Made by a program: the position numbers and the translations under genes. The notes under the pieces are model-generated. The model was not told the origin of the DNA. It made no database searches and worked only from the letters and a program-made list of their open reading frames with translations. DNA of 64,000 nucleotides from Pelagomonas calceolata (lineage: Eukaryota), in assembly GCA_918797485.1 (NCBI GenBank), contig CAKKNE010000001.1, forward strand, positions 2,356,001 through 2,420,000. Direction: 5' to 3'. Below, piece by piece: positions 9,225-20,128 of the stretch (positions are counted from its first letter, which is position 1; every line of letters begins with the position of its first letter).

Positions 9225-10637
9225 CTAGACCCCCGCCGCCCGGAGCAGCAGCGCGCGGCTCGCCGGCGTCGCCGCGGCCACTACGGACGCGGCACCAACG
9301 AGAGACATCGCGATCGCCGCAAAAGGCTGCGCGTCGGGCTCGTCGCCCATCTGCGCCGTGCCGATGCCGTGCGCCGCCGCGCCCATGGCCATGCCTCTTG
9401 CCACTGGATCTTTCGTTCCTAGCGCGTCCAATGCACTTGGACCGAAGGCCGCACCCAGCACGCCCGTGACCACTACTAATGCCACAGCTGCCGCCGCGTC
9501 CGTCTGCAAGGCCGTGCAGACGGCCACCGCGAGAGGCGAGGTGATGCACCGCGGCAGGAGAGCGTACCTCGCGGCTTTCGGGAGTTGCACGGCTCTCGCG
9601 GCCAACGCCGTGCCGTACAAGCCGACCCCGACGCCCGAGACCGTGCCCGCCGCTACGGGTTTCCAGTTGTCTTTGACCTCCCTTCTTCTCCCATACACGC
9701 CGCAGGCTAGGGCCAGTACCGAAGCGCCCAGTAAACGTTGTAGAGGCGCGCCTGCTAATGTAGCGTAGGACTTTAGGGTCGCTGTGGTAGTTTTCGACGT
9801 CGCCTTCGCTAGGATGCGGCACGCGACCGTCGTCACGAGTGCGCATTGTGCTACGGGATGCAGCGCGCGCGCGAGGGCCTTCTTCGTCTTGCTTTCGCTC
9901 TTCGCTAGGCTAGATGCGAACCTGCTCCCAAAGACGAAACTTCCGAGTGTTGCTGCGACGAAGTAGGGCCTCTTGAAGGCTAGTTTGCCTTGCGCCGCTA
10001 ACACCCCTGACAAAAGGGTAGCCACCCCTAACGGTTTCAGGAGAGGACTCCCGAAGGGCACTTGGGCCGGCCTCGACTTGGACCAGGTGTCCGACGCCGC
10101 CGTACATTCATCAGAACAGACGGTGCTGACGGCAAGTGCCGTGGCCGAGAGCGACACTGCTAACCCACCAAAGACCACGACCGCTAACGCCGCGGCATCT
10201 CTGGCTGTCGCGACGACGGGCTCGGCCAGCGGCAGCAATACGAGTGCGGGAGCAAAAAACACCGGCATCCAACTAAGTAATAGTGTAGCTCCAGGCGCGA
10301 GTAGTTTTTTATGGAGCTTTTCTCCGATCGAGCCCGTCGCTATTAATAAAGCGACTAGTGCGCCGCCCCCGGCCAAGGAATGGGGCAGGCCCGATCCTTT
10401 GAAAGCGACGCGGCAGGCCTCGTCCGCAATGGCAAGCGCCGCGAACCCCGCGAGACGTGGTGTTAGAGGCGGTTTTTCGACTTTCTCAACGGCGGCGTCG
10501 TCGGCGGCGGCAGCTCGCAGCGGTGGCGGCAACTTGGCCGGCGCGAGGAGCTTTTTGCGCTGCAACACAGGTGCAGGCACTCTGAAGGCTGTGACGGCCT
10601 GCCACGCGGCGAGGAGTAGGAGAGCTGGGCGAGGCAT
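9225..10637 (-). CDS. PLGG1: LrgA/LrgB-type membrane protein, plastid glycolate/glycerate transporter-like
   Basis: LrgB signatures PRCITSPLA and ARGMAMGAAAHGIGTA, LrgA-like WMPVFFAP, and a signal peptide ending VTA-F (heterokont plastid targeting). Confidence 0.85.
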   Translation of the reverse strand: MPRPALLLLAAWQAVTAFRVPAPVLQRKKLLAPAKLPPPLRAAAADDAAVEKVEKPPLTPRLAGFAALAIADEACRVAFKGSGLPHSLAGGGALVALLIATGSIGEKLHKKLLAPGATLLLSWMPVFFAPALVLLPLAEPVVATARDAAALAVVVFGGLAVSLSATALAVSTVCSDECTAASDTWSKSRPAQVPFGSPLLKPLGVATLLSGVLAAQGKLAFKRPYFVAATLGSFVFGSRFASSLAKSESKTKKALARALHPVAQCALVTTVACRILAKATSKTTTATLKSYATLAGAPLQRLLGASVLALACGVYGRRREVKDNWKPVAAGTVSGVGVGLYGTALAARAVQLPKAARYALLPRCITSPLAVAVCTALQTDAAAAVALVVVTGVLGAAFGPSALDALGTKDPVARGMAMGAAAHGIGTAQMGDEPDAQPFAAIAMSLVGAASVVAAATPASRALLLRAAGV

Positions 10638-10724
10638 GTTGAGTGGACGTATACGACGTGCAATTTGCAGCGGGCGGCGCACGGAGGCCGCTTATCATGT
10701 GTTCTCACTCGCGGCAAGAATGGG

Positions 10725-10761
10725 TAAGGTATCGGATGTACCTTATACCTCGGTGGTAGGG
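10725..10761 (+). promoter_or_regulatory. Repeated intergenic motif 2 (TAAGGTATCGG..TACCTTATACC..CGGTGGTAGGG), copy 1
   Basis: Near-identical copy at 39067-39113 and a related tract at 50349-50393. Function is inferred only. Confidence 0.5.
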
Positions 10762-11070
10762 TCAGGAGCCTGCACGGCCAAGCAGTCGTTCGTGCCAACG
10801 CGGAGGACTCCTGCGTTGCCGAGTTGTCCCCGCGCGCGTTCAAACGCGAGTAAGTTGGCAAGCTGGCACCTGATTTTTGGCCGAACTGCCGAGTGCAAAA
10901 AAGGGACCGTGCGCCGGTCGTCGGTCCGCGGGGCAGCCGCGCGACGCCGGCAGAGGGGCACGCGGGCGGCCGCGACCCAGTACCCAGCGGCGCGAGGCCC
11001 CGCCCGGCGCGCGCGGGCACAACCCAAAAAACACGGCCGACGCCGACATAGCTAACACGGCACGAAAACG

Positions 11071-14000
11071 ATGATGTGGGGCCAGCCCCCGCCGACCTAC
11101 AACACGGCGGACCCCTGGTACGACGGCGCCGCGAATTACGACTACGGCGCGGGCCAAGAGGTCGAGCAGCGCTGGGCGGTGCTCGACGGCGCGTTGAATA
11201 GCTATTTGGGCGGCCAAGACGTGCCCCCACCTCCACCAGCACCACAGTACCAGCAGACCCAGTCCTGGGACGAGCAGGCCTCGAAGAATGCGCAGAGGTG
11301 GGCCAAGGAGTCTTCAGGTTACGCCGCGCAAGCACAAGCTCAAGCTGCGCGATTAGGACTAGCTGCCGGAGGTGTTGGTGATTTAGCTTCTTCCGTCGGT
11401 CATTTATCCGCCGCGGTCCAACGGATGGAGGAGCGGACCGCTTTAGTACAAGAGAGAGATGCAGCAAGGATGCGGTGCTTGGAGCTCGAGCAGGCTTTGG
11501 CCGAGAGGCAACAGCAAATCCAAGCGCCACCTTCAGCGCCGGCGTCGCCGATGCGCCTGCCGGCGCCGGTCCAATCGCCTCCCCTGTCACCGGCGCCCTC
11601 GGAGCGCCCTGTACAATCTTCACCGGTCGCGACATCAACAACGGGCCTGCCGCCGCGCGCGCAATCCATGAGGACGTCGACGACCGGTTTGAGTCAAGCG
11701 ATCGTACCGCAGCCGGAGGACCCGGCCGAGGCGAGGCGACAGGCCATCTTCCGCGAGCGCCAGGTCATCCTGGCCGAGCGCCAGCTCTTAGCCGAAAGAA
11801 GAAAACTCGAGGAAGAAATGGCCAAGGCCGACGCGGGCGAGATCTTCTCTACGGAAGCCGCCCCGCCGTCGACGGTAACGCACGCGCACCACCCGGAGCT
11901 CGCTGAAGCTAGAGTACAGATCGCCAACTTACATGGCGAGATGAAGGAGATGCGTGCGCTCATATCTAGAAGATCAGGGTCGCCGCGCGCGTCGTCCGAA
12001 CGGCCGGAGAAGCGTTCGAGACCGGAATCACCCTTGAATAACGACGAGGCGATCGTGAGGGCGGCTCAGAACGCGAGGGAAGACGCGAAACGCGACTTCG
12101 AGAAGCTGCGGGAAGAACTGGCGTCGCACCACAAGGAGGAGCTTTCAAGTCACCATGCTTCTCTGAGGGACCAGCACGAGCAGTACATCGCTACATTACA
12201 TCAGAAGCACGAGGCCCACCTCGAGTCGCACAAGACGCGGGCCGAGGCCGAGGCCGAAGCCGTGCGCCTGAAAGCGGCGGCGGAAGTGGAGGCCATGAAG
12301 CACCGCCTCGAAATGGCGCTCGAGAAGGAGCAGTCCGCGCGGGAGCAGCAGGAGGCGGCGCATAATCGTGCTGTTCAAGCTATGGAGGAGAAGCAGGCTC
12401 TCGCTCTACAAGCTGAGCAGCGCATGCTCGCGCTACCGGAGAAGAAGAGTGTCTCGGAGTCGCACGTCGGTAGACTCGTCTCGCAACAAATGCCACCGCA
12501 AGTCACTGAAAGTAGGATCGGTGCCTTACTGGAAGAAAAAATGTCACAACAACAGCCGGGCGTCTCCGAGTCGCAGATCGCGAGACTCATGGACGAGCGG
12601 ATGCGTAGTCATCAACCGGCGCTCACGGAATCGCAATTAGGTAGGATCATGGACGAGAAGCTCTCTCAGTTAACAAGTAGACACGCCCAGGACACGCACG
12701 AGCTCCAGGCGAAGCATCTCGAGTTGGTCCATGGCAAGATCCAGACGCTCACTGAAGAGCAGGCCAAGCATAGGGGGGAGTTGAAAGCGGCACAACTCGA
12801 AAAGGACGCGGAGATCGCCGCGCTGAAGTTGCAGTTGGAGCGGGCGACGCAGCACCAGGTCCATCGGGAGGCGCCGCTGCAGCAGAGCGCGCCGGTCAAG
12901 GAAGTGGCGGCCGCACACGCGACGCACCACGCGACGCACCACGTCCGACGGGAGGCGCCCCTGCAAGCGGCGGCCGCCGTCGAACAGGCCGTCGCGGCGC
13001 CCGCGGCGCACCACCGCGCGCACCACGCGGCGAAGGCTCCGGAAGTTATTGAAACGGTCAAGAAGGAGAAGAAGAAGCCCTCGGCGGTCTGGACTAGCGG
13101 CAAAACTTCACGCTTGAAGAAGGCCGTCAAGGTGACGTGGGGCAAGGGGCCGAAGCCGACCGCGAACCAGATCCGAGCCGCTTTAGTTGAATACGGTGTG
13201 GTGACCAAAGTAGGTGAAACCCCACATGGCAAGTCCGAATTGGTGCTGTTCGGCAGCGAGCGCGACGCCGAGAACGCGATCAGCAACTACAACGGGCCCT
13301 GGCGGTTAAGACCGGCGGCTGCTGGCCTCGAGGATCCGTTCGGGCACGTCCCCTCGCCCGAGAAAGCGGCACCTTCTAGATTCGCGGCGCGCACGGTGGA
13401 AGTGACCTGGAACGACTCCGTGCCCCCATCTTCCGACAAGGAGCTGCGTTCTCAACTGTCTTATTTCGGTGACGTCACTCGTTCGTTCAGAACGGGCCAC
13501 CGGGGCGTCGTCATGTTCTCGAACCACGAGGGGGCGCAGCGCTGCATCGAGGATTATCGGGGGCCCTGGTCCGTGCGGTTGGTCAATGCCAAACGTGTAC
13601 AGACACCCAAAGCAACACGGCGGCCGTCGACGAAGGAGGAGGTCGCGGCTCGAGCTTTAAGGGTGTCGTGGCGCGGGCGGTCTTCTCCGCCGTCCGAGAA
13701 CGACGTGAGGGACGCCTTGTCGAATTTCGGCACCGTGGCGAGATGTCAATCCGGCAGCACGCACGCTGTGGTCCTGTTCGGGTCGTCAGCCGAAGCGAAC
13801 GAGGCCCTCACTCAGTACCAAGGGCCCTGGAAGCTCACCAAGGCCGAGCAGCACACCTCCGTTGCACCGCCTAAGGCTCAGACGCCGGCCGCCAAGGCTC
13901 AAGATTTGAGGAAGGCCACGCGCAAGGTGACGTGGTCTTCCGGCGCCGCCGTGCCTACCGAAGATCAATTACGAGCCGTCCTGAATGCCTACGGACCGGT

Positions 14001-15202
14001 GCGCCAAGTGGCGCTGAAGAAGCGATCGGCCATCGTCATGTTTAGGGATGAAAATGGCGCGAAGAATGCCGATGAGAACTACAGAGGCCCCTGGCGTCTC
14101 AATGAGTTGGGCGCGCCGGGCGAAACCCCCAAAACGCCGCCTCCTACGGTGCATAAGCCCTCACCTAGGGCACATCACAGTCCTCCTAGACATATGAAGC
14201 CGCTGGAGTCCGAAGTTGTTCGGGAGGCGCCGCTGCAGCACCAGGCACCCGTCGTCCAGGAAGAAGCTTTGGCTTCCCACAAGAAGCACCACCACAAAGC
14301 CGCCGCGTGCGCGGGCCGCGTCCCTTTTCACGCCGTCGCCGAGCCGCGACGTGTCGACACTCCACGCCGTCGTCGCCTCGACGCCGTTGACGCGACGCCT
14401 CACCTCTCGCATACCGCGCAGGGCCGAGGAGGACCACAAAGCCGATCACGAGGAGGACGACGACGTCCCGCCCCCTCCTGCGAAGAAGCCCGCTCGCTTA
14501 ACGGCCGAAGCCTTAGCAAAGTTGGAGGCCGAGACGACCCAGAAGAAGGCGCCCCTACCGGAACGATGTGTCAACATCACGTGGCCCAAGAACCACAAGG
14601 CGACCGAGGCGGGCGTCATGGAAGTGTTAAGGGCCTTTGGGTGCTCCGACGTGGTCAAGGTGTCGTGTCGGACCAAGTCCGCCGTGACACTATTCGCCAC
14701 GCCGGACGCCGCGAAGAAGGCCGTTTCTAAAATAAGAGACGCGTCTGGTACGGTTGAGGGTTACGACATGAGCACGTGGAAGGCGTTTCTGGCGTCCGAG
14801 GCTCTGGCGATTCGGGCGTCCAAGTCATCTGCGCCGTTATCGCCCCAGAAGCCGCCCTCTGTTGCTTCGTCCGCTTTGCGAAGATCACAAGAGCGAGAAG
14901 AGCAACGCCAAAAAATGGCTCAAGAAGCACCGACGCCCGTCGTCCAAGGCGAGCTCTGGAAGCGCTGCGTCAAGGTGACCTATATGGGCGGCTACAAACC
15001 GAGCACCGAGGCGCAGCTCGCGTTGGACGTGGAGCAGGCGGGCGGCGCGCCCTTCGTCAACGCGAAGCTCAAGAAGAAGTCGGCCGTCCTGCTCTTCTCC
15101 TGCACGGCCGACGCCGAGGACTTAGTTCATGGCGTCGGCGACTCGTGCGACAAGTTCACGGCGAGCATCGTGCCTCCACCTAATGCGGGGTCGCCCAAGT
15201 AA
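11071..15202 (+). CDS. Large coiled-coil protein with six RRM-like repeats (intron 14307-14421)
   Basis: A GT-AG intron joins ORFs 11071-14730 and 14216-15202 in frame. Repeats follow VxVTW...L..(Y/F)G.V...A(V/I)V(L/M)F....A. Confidence 0.8.
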
Positions 15203-15249
15203 ATTCACGTATCTGAGTTTTTCTTACGGTCTTGGGGGATAGGGAGTGC

Positions 15250-16560
15250 CTAGGGGCAGGTACCGCACGTTTTTTTGCAGGCTTCGTCCGCCCGGACGCC
15301 GTCCGCGCTGAAGCGGATCGTGCAGCGCTTGAGCTTCTCGGCGACGCGCTCGCACGTGAACACGTCCCCCTCCTTCGTGGTGTAGGACCAGTCCTCATCA
15401 TCAGCACAGTCGTCGTCGTCGCTGCCGCGCAGCGACGGCTTGTACGTCGGCCGGTAGGTGGGTGCCGGTACTATCTCGGCCGGAGCCTGGCACGGCGGGC
15501 CTTCGACACCGCACGACGTCTTTTCGCACTTCGTTCGTAAAAATGCGTCGTTCTGGTTCACGTCGTCGTCGAGGCACCAGCCGAGGTCCTGCTTGAATTT
15601 GCTGGCGCCCTGGAACATGTACTTGATCTCCTTGGCCTTGTCGAGCCGCCAATTGTCCAGCGGCTGGTTGAACTTGTAGGCGTACTCGAACATGCGTTGG
15701 GTACTAGTGACCGTGGAGACGTCCCAAGTGTTGAGCGGTTGGTTGAATTTCGTGGCGTACTTGAACATGTAGCTCATGTCCGTGAGGCTAGATGTGTCCC
15801 AGCGGTCGAGCGGTTGATTGAACGCCGTGCAATCTTCGAGCATCTCGTACATACTCTTAACCTTCGAGACATCCCAGCCATTTAGCGGCTGGTTGAAGGA
15901 GTCGGCGCCTTCGAACATCGAGCTCATATCCGTCACTTGTGACACGTCCCAGACGCCGATCGCCTGGTTGAACGCCGTGTCGCGGAACATGTTGACCTGT
16001 ACATTTTGGGTAGTTAGAAGTGTTGACACGCGCATACGACGCGGGAGCGAAACCATGCTTTTTACGTTGCTTGTATCCCAATTTGAGACGTCCTCGTTGA
16101 ACGACCACGAGACCACGCACCGGGAATCGCTCCAGCACGCGCCCAGCAGATAGTCCATGTCCGTCACCCGCGATGTGTCCCATATCATAGGTACCGTCCG
16201 GCAGGCCTGGCGCACGTCGCGCGCCGCGGAGAGCGGCACCTTCTCCTGGCCGCGGCACGTCCAGTCGACGCCCCGGAGGTCGTGCGCCGCTCGTACGCGC
16301 ACCGCCAGCGCCAGTCCCGTTTCTGCCACCGCCGCGAAGGGCGGCGCCACGCGCGAGCGGCAATACAGGGGCTCGACGAAGGTGCGGCCGAGCTTTTTGG
16401 CCCAGGACGCCGCCTCCGCGACGACGCCGATATTCTTGTTCATCTGCTCGAAGGCCGAGAGCATGACGACGTAGCGGTCCGAGGAAAGCCGGCGGCAGGC
16501 GGCGTCGATATCAGGTTGCGCCGTGGCTACGCCGATGATCAGGGCGGCGAGACGTCTCAT
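15250..16560 (-). CDS. Secreted/surface protein with BspA/DUF285 repeats and Cys-rich (ShKT-like) C-terminus; in-frame intron 15997-16053
   Basis: Signal peptide, FNQPL..WD(V/T)S.VT.M..MF repeats and a C-terminal CKKTCGTC. Removing the 57-nt GT-AG segment restores the repeat register. Confidence 0.85.
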   Translation of the reverse strand: MRRLAALIIGVATAQPDIDAACRRLSSDRYVVMLSAFEQMNKNIGVVAEAASWAKKLGRTFVEPLYCRSRVAPPFAAVAETGLALAVRVRAAHDLRGVDWTCRGQEKVPLSAARDVRQACRTVPMIWDTSRVTDMDYLLGACWSDSRCVVSWSFNEDVSNWDTSNVKSMVSLPRRMRVSTLLTTQNVQVNMFRDTAFNQAIGVWDVSQVTDMSSMFEGADSFNQPLNGWDVSKVKSMYEMLEDCTAFNQPLDRWDTSSLTDMSYMFKYATKFNQPLNTWDVSTVTSTQRMFEYAYKFNQPLDNWRLDKAKEIKYMFQGASKFKQDLGWCLDDDVNQNDAFLRTKCEKTSCGVEGPPCQAPAEIVPAPTYRPTYKPSLRGSDDDDCADDEDWSYTTKEGDVFTCERVAEKLKRCTIRFSADGVRADEACKKTCGTCP

Positions 16561-16754
16561 TTCTTCAGAGGCCGAGCGCGAATTTCGTCACGAAAAAGAG
16601 AGAGGTCACAATAGCAATTACATAGAGCACAAGCACGCGGCCGTCGACGGTCTCATCAGTGTCTCGTCGCTGGGGGGGTCGCCTGCGCTTACGGTTTCTG
16701 GACAGATCGTGATCAATTACGTGCCCGGCCATCATGGACTCGACTTGCTTGCTT

Positions 16755-16801
16755 GCTAGTGTCTACAGGCCGACTTGGGCTAGCGGGCGTGACACACTAG
16801 G
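16755..16801 (+). promoter_or_regulatory. CTAG-bounded motif 1 (plus an inverted degenerate copy)
   Basis: GCTAGTGTCTACAG...GCTAGC...GTGACACACTAG in a divergent intergenic region. Confidence 0.55.
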
Positions 16802-16938
16802 ATTTCGGGGGTTGGGCAAGTTTTGGGAAATTAAGCCAGCGCCGGCGCCCTACAGCGAGCAATTCGAGGCTTTTCGTACTTATTATTTGGCAAGGTCGCA
16901 TATTTGCTGCCTGCCTGCGCCGCGGCGACTAGCAAGCC

Positions 16939-18825
16939 ATGTCCAGGATGAACGGCAGCGGCGGCGACGTCGCGCCGCCGCCGCGCTGGTCCGCGAGGGC
17001 CTACTTCACCTGCGATGGATTCAGCAACGACATGTTCAACGCGCTAACGGCGTGCCTGCCTCTAGCATTATTTTGGAGGCGTCACCTGGGCGCGGACGTC
17101 CTCGGCGTGTCCTGCTTCGTCTTTTGCGTCGTCGCGGCGGCGGGCCACGTCTGGCCTCGGGCGCTGGCCGGCTCGACGCATTTGGTCAAGCTGGCGTTTA
17201 CTCCTGTGGCCCTGCAAGGTGCCGACACACGCTTGGTGACGGCAGTAGCAGCTACAACAATCGTACCCTTCCTCTTCCCGGCGCTAGCGAAGGTAGAACC
17301 ATTAGGAGGCGGCGCGCGGCAGCTCTGGATGGCTTTTCGTATTGTCACGTTATTCAGGGAAGATAACATAAGGTGGCAGACCATCGCGGTCATGGGCCTC
17401 TGCAAACTTTTATATAGGATGGAGCGCCAAGCGAGGATGAAGCGGGGGAAAAGAGACGAGTACGCCTTCGCGCACGCCGCGGAACATCTGGATTTATTTC
17501 TGTACGTCGTGGTCACGTCCGTATCCTTCGACAACCGACTGCTCGAGTACGCGCGGGCCGCTGGATTAACTCTGGTAGCAGCGTGCGCCTCGATCACACC
17601 CTTCGTCGAGCACGGCGACGGCGGAAGGGCGCTGCTAGGAGCGCTGGCATTGATGGCCGCGGACTACTCGTTCTTTAGAGCTGTTGGGAAAGTACGAGTT
17701 GGTATTGTGGCTGTGTTAGCTACCATAGCGTACGTCTTCGAGAATCGGGGCGGCGGCGCACGTACAAGGCCTCTGCTACGACTGGCTACTGCTATGGTAG
17801 TGGGCCACGCCATGTTTATTGCTTTCGGCTCCACTGGTTTGTACGGCTTTTGTGTCGTCGAAAGCATACTCATGCTGTGTTCCGGAAGGGACTTCCACAC
17901 GTCGCAAGGCCGTGTCGTGATTGACGACTCGGCCTTCATCGCCCACTCCATCATCGTGGCCTACGCGTTACGAGCAAAGCCGTGGCACTTGTTTCTCGCG
18001 GCGGCGTGGAGCTTCGCCGACGCGATGGACCTGCGGTTTTCCGGTCGGAGAGGCGGTGGTGCGTTACATTTATCGATTGTCGCGCTCTACGTTTATAGAG
18101 ATGCGGACGTGCGCGTCGTCTATGTCCTGTGGATCCTGACGGCGTTGGCCTTTTGCGGCTACAACGTTTTACTGGGTATCATTACGATACGACGGGGTCC
18201 CGGCGGTAATTTACCAGAAGAGTGCCACGAGGCCTTCTGGACGAAGTTGCGAGGCAATGCGTTTGCGATCAACCCCATCGGGTATCTGCTGAAACCGTCC
18301 TCGCCCGTCCTGTCGTGGGAGCGCATGTCCTGGGCGAGAATAGAGGAAGACATTAATAGTGTGGACTTTGGTGGGTTCGAGGCCGATCTGGTCGTCGGCG
18401 TCTTGTCGGGCGGCGGCTTCATTCGCCATATTGTGGCAAGACAATTCCCGAGCGCCGACAAGGGCCTCATCCGATCCCAGGTCTGGAGCCGCATTTCGGC
18501 GTCGGAGAACATTAGAAGTGTAGGGCAGGTCTTCAGCGACAAGGAGCAGTGGCGCGACTCGAAGTGCAAGGAACTCCGATGGTTCGTTTCTCCCTCTCGC
18601 GAGACATATAAAAACATACTGGTGGTGGACGACAGCGTGAGTTCGGGCAAGACGATGCAGAACGTGCTGCGGTTTGTCCGTTCAGAATATCCGGCGGCGA
18701 CGGTGAAATGCTTCGTCCTTTATGCTCCTCCGGCCTCATCCGGCGGCGCCGCGGCGTTCGTGGACTTCGTCTGCCACCGGGGCCACGTGCCGCTGCTCTG
18801 GCCCTGGGGCTGCGAGATGGACTAG
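16939..18825 (+). CDS. Polytopic membrane protein fused to C-terminal type I phosphoribosyltransferase domain
   Basis: Many hydrophobic segments, then VVGVLSGG, PRPP-binding loop ILVVDDSVSSGKT and terminal LWPWG. Confidence 0.8.
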   Translation: MSRMNGSGGDVAPPPRWSARAYFTCDGFSNDMFNALTACLPLALFWRRHLGADVLGVSCFVFCVVAAAGHVWPRALAGSTHLVKLAFTPVALQGADTRLVTAVAATTIVPFLFPALAKVEPLGGGARQLWMAFRIVTLFREDNIRWQTIAVMGLCKLLYRMERQARMKRGKRDEYAFAHAAEHLDLFLYVVVTSVSFDNRLLEYARAAGLTLVAACASITPFVEHGDGGRALLGALALMAADYSFFRAVGKVRVGIVAVLATIAYVFENRGGGARTRPLLRLATAMVVGHAMFIAFGSTGLYGFCVVESILMLCSGRDFHTSQGRVVIDDSAFIAHSIIVAYALRAKPWHLFLAAAWSFADAMDLRFSGRRGGGALHLSIVALYVYRDADVRVVYVLWILTALAFCGYNVLLGIITIRRGPGGNLPEECHEAFWTKLRGNAFAINPIGYLLKPSSPVLSWERMSWARIEEDINSVDFGGFEADLVVGVLSGGGFIRHIVARQFPSADKGLIRSQVWSRISASENIRSVGQVFSDKEQWRDSKCKELRWFVSPSRETYKNILVVDDSVSSGKTMQNVLRFVRSEYPAATVKCFVLYAPPASSGGAAAFVDFVCHRGHVPLLWPWGCEMD

Positions 18826-18894
18826 TGGGCTTCTTTTTGGACTAAGTTTGAGAGTGCGGATTACTCGTGTGTCGTGGACTCGTGGCTAGCGTGT

Positions 18895-19089
18895 CGCGTC
18901 GATGGCGTGCTTGCGGGGTATAGCGGCCGGGTGGATCCGATCCGCTCCACTGCCCGATCCGACGTCGTCTGGTGGTGCTCGAAATTCTTGAGATCCGTGA
19001 ACCCTCCGCGCGTCACGCGGCGCGTGCACGTGGATGATCGAATGCGGGCAGGCACGTCGGACCGCGCCAGCCCCCACGCCGTCGACGCG
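18895..19089. mobile_element. ~195-bp MITE-like element with 15-bp imperfect terminal inverted repeats
   Basis: CGCGTCGATGGCGTG at 18895 and CACGCCGTCGACGCG at 19075. Confidence 0.6.
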
Positions 19090-19119
19090 GCGTGCCGCTC
19101 GCTAGCGATCAAATAAAAT

Positions 19120-19881
19120 TCACATTACGCAGCAGTCGTCCCCTTGCGCTTTTTTCCGGTTCTTCTGGTCGGGCGAGCCGATCGCCGTTATGGACGAGCA
19201 GCCGACCGGGTCCCTATCTTCCACATCATCCCCCAGCACGTCCACGAGCGCCCGCAATCGCCCCGCGCACCTTCGTAGAATCCTCCGTTCCGCGTCCGTC
19301 ACGTCCGTGAGATCTTCGTCCCTCAGAAACGCGAGGTCGAAGACCCGCTTCGCGCCTAACCTCCTCAATCTAGGTGCGTAGTCGTCTGGTAGACCCAATT
19401 CCCGCAGGAAACCTTCCAGGGAGGTCGGCGGCGTCAATCCGCCACTCTTCGATCTTTTCAACCGTTCCACTTCATGTTTCAATAACCCAACTTCGGCCAT
19501 GGACTGCGCTAAAGCTTCTAAATTACGTGTCCGCTGCTGCTCCGCGAACCTCGCCCGCTCCTCGGCGTCGGCCGCTCGGTCGTGTGCGGCCGACAATTCA
19601 TCTCGCAACGACGCATTATCATCGTCCAGCACGGCGCATCTTTGACGAGACGCTTCCAAGTCCGCGGCGCAGTCGTCCAATGCCCTTGCTGTGGACTCGT
19701 ATTTGGACTCATTTTTTTTGTCCTCGGCGGCCTTGGCCTCGAGGCGCTTCAAGATCTTGGCCTGCCAGGCCTCCTCCTCTTCCAAGCGGGCTCGTAATCT
19801 CGCTACCTCATCTTCCGCTAATGTAAGCTTCTTGCCCGGGCTCCTTGGGGACCTGATCGGCGTGGCCGGGAGGTCGTCCAT
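19120..19881 (-). CDS. Coiled-coil + SAM-like domain protein with CAAX box
   Basis: FLRELGL..YAPRL...DL..L.DEDL SAM pattern. Ends CCVM. Confidence 0.7.
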   Translation of the reverse strand: MDDLPATPIRSPRSPGKKLTLAEDEVARLRARLEEEEAWQAKILKRLEAKAAEDKKNESKYESTARALDDCAADLEASRQRCAVLDDDNASLRDELSAAHDRAADAEERARFAEQQRTRNLEALAQSMAEVGLLKHEVERLKRSKSGGLTPPTSLEGFLRELGLPDDYAPRLRRLGAKRVFDLAFLRDEDLTDVTDAERRILRRCAGRLRALVDVLGDDVEDRDPVGCSSITAIGSPDQKNRKKAQGDDCCVM

Positions 19882-19997
19882 TTGATTGATCGATGGGCAG
19901 CGCGACGGTGCGCGTCCGAACGCGTGCGAGTGGGTGCGTGCGCAGGGGCAGCGACGGCGTGCGCTTTTGATTTAGAAAAACGCCGCCTCGGGTGCTT

Positions 19998-20021
19998 GCT
20001 AGTGTCTTACATGACGCTAGC
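19998..20021 (+). promoter_or_regulatory. CTAG-bounded motif 1
   Basis: GCTAGTGTCTTACATGACGCTAGC. Confidence 0.6.
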
Positions 20022-20128
20022 TGCGGCTGGCGCGCGCCGACAACGAGAGACCGCATTATCGCGATTCGTGTGTACTGCCGTGGTCTAGGGCGGGAGCAAC
20101 TCGTTTGAACCGAGCAACTCTGCTGCAA

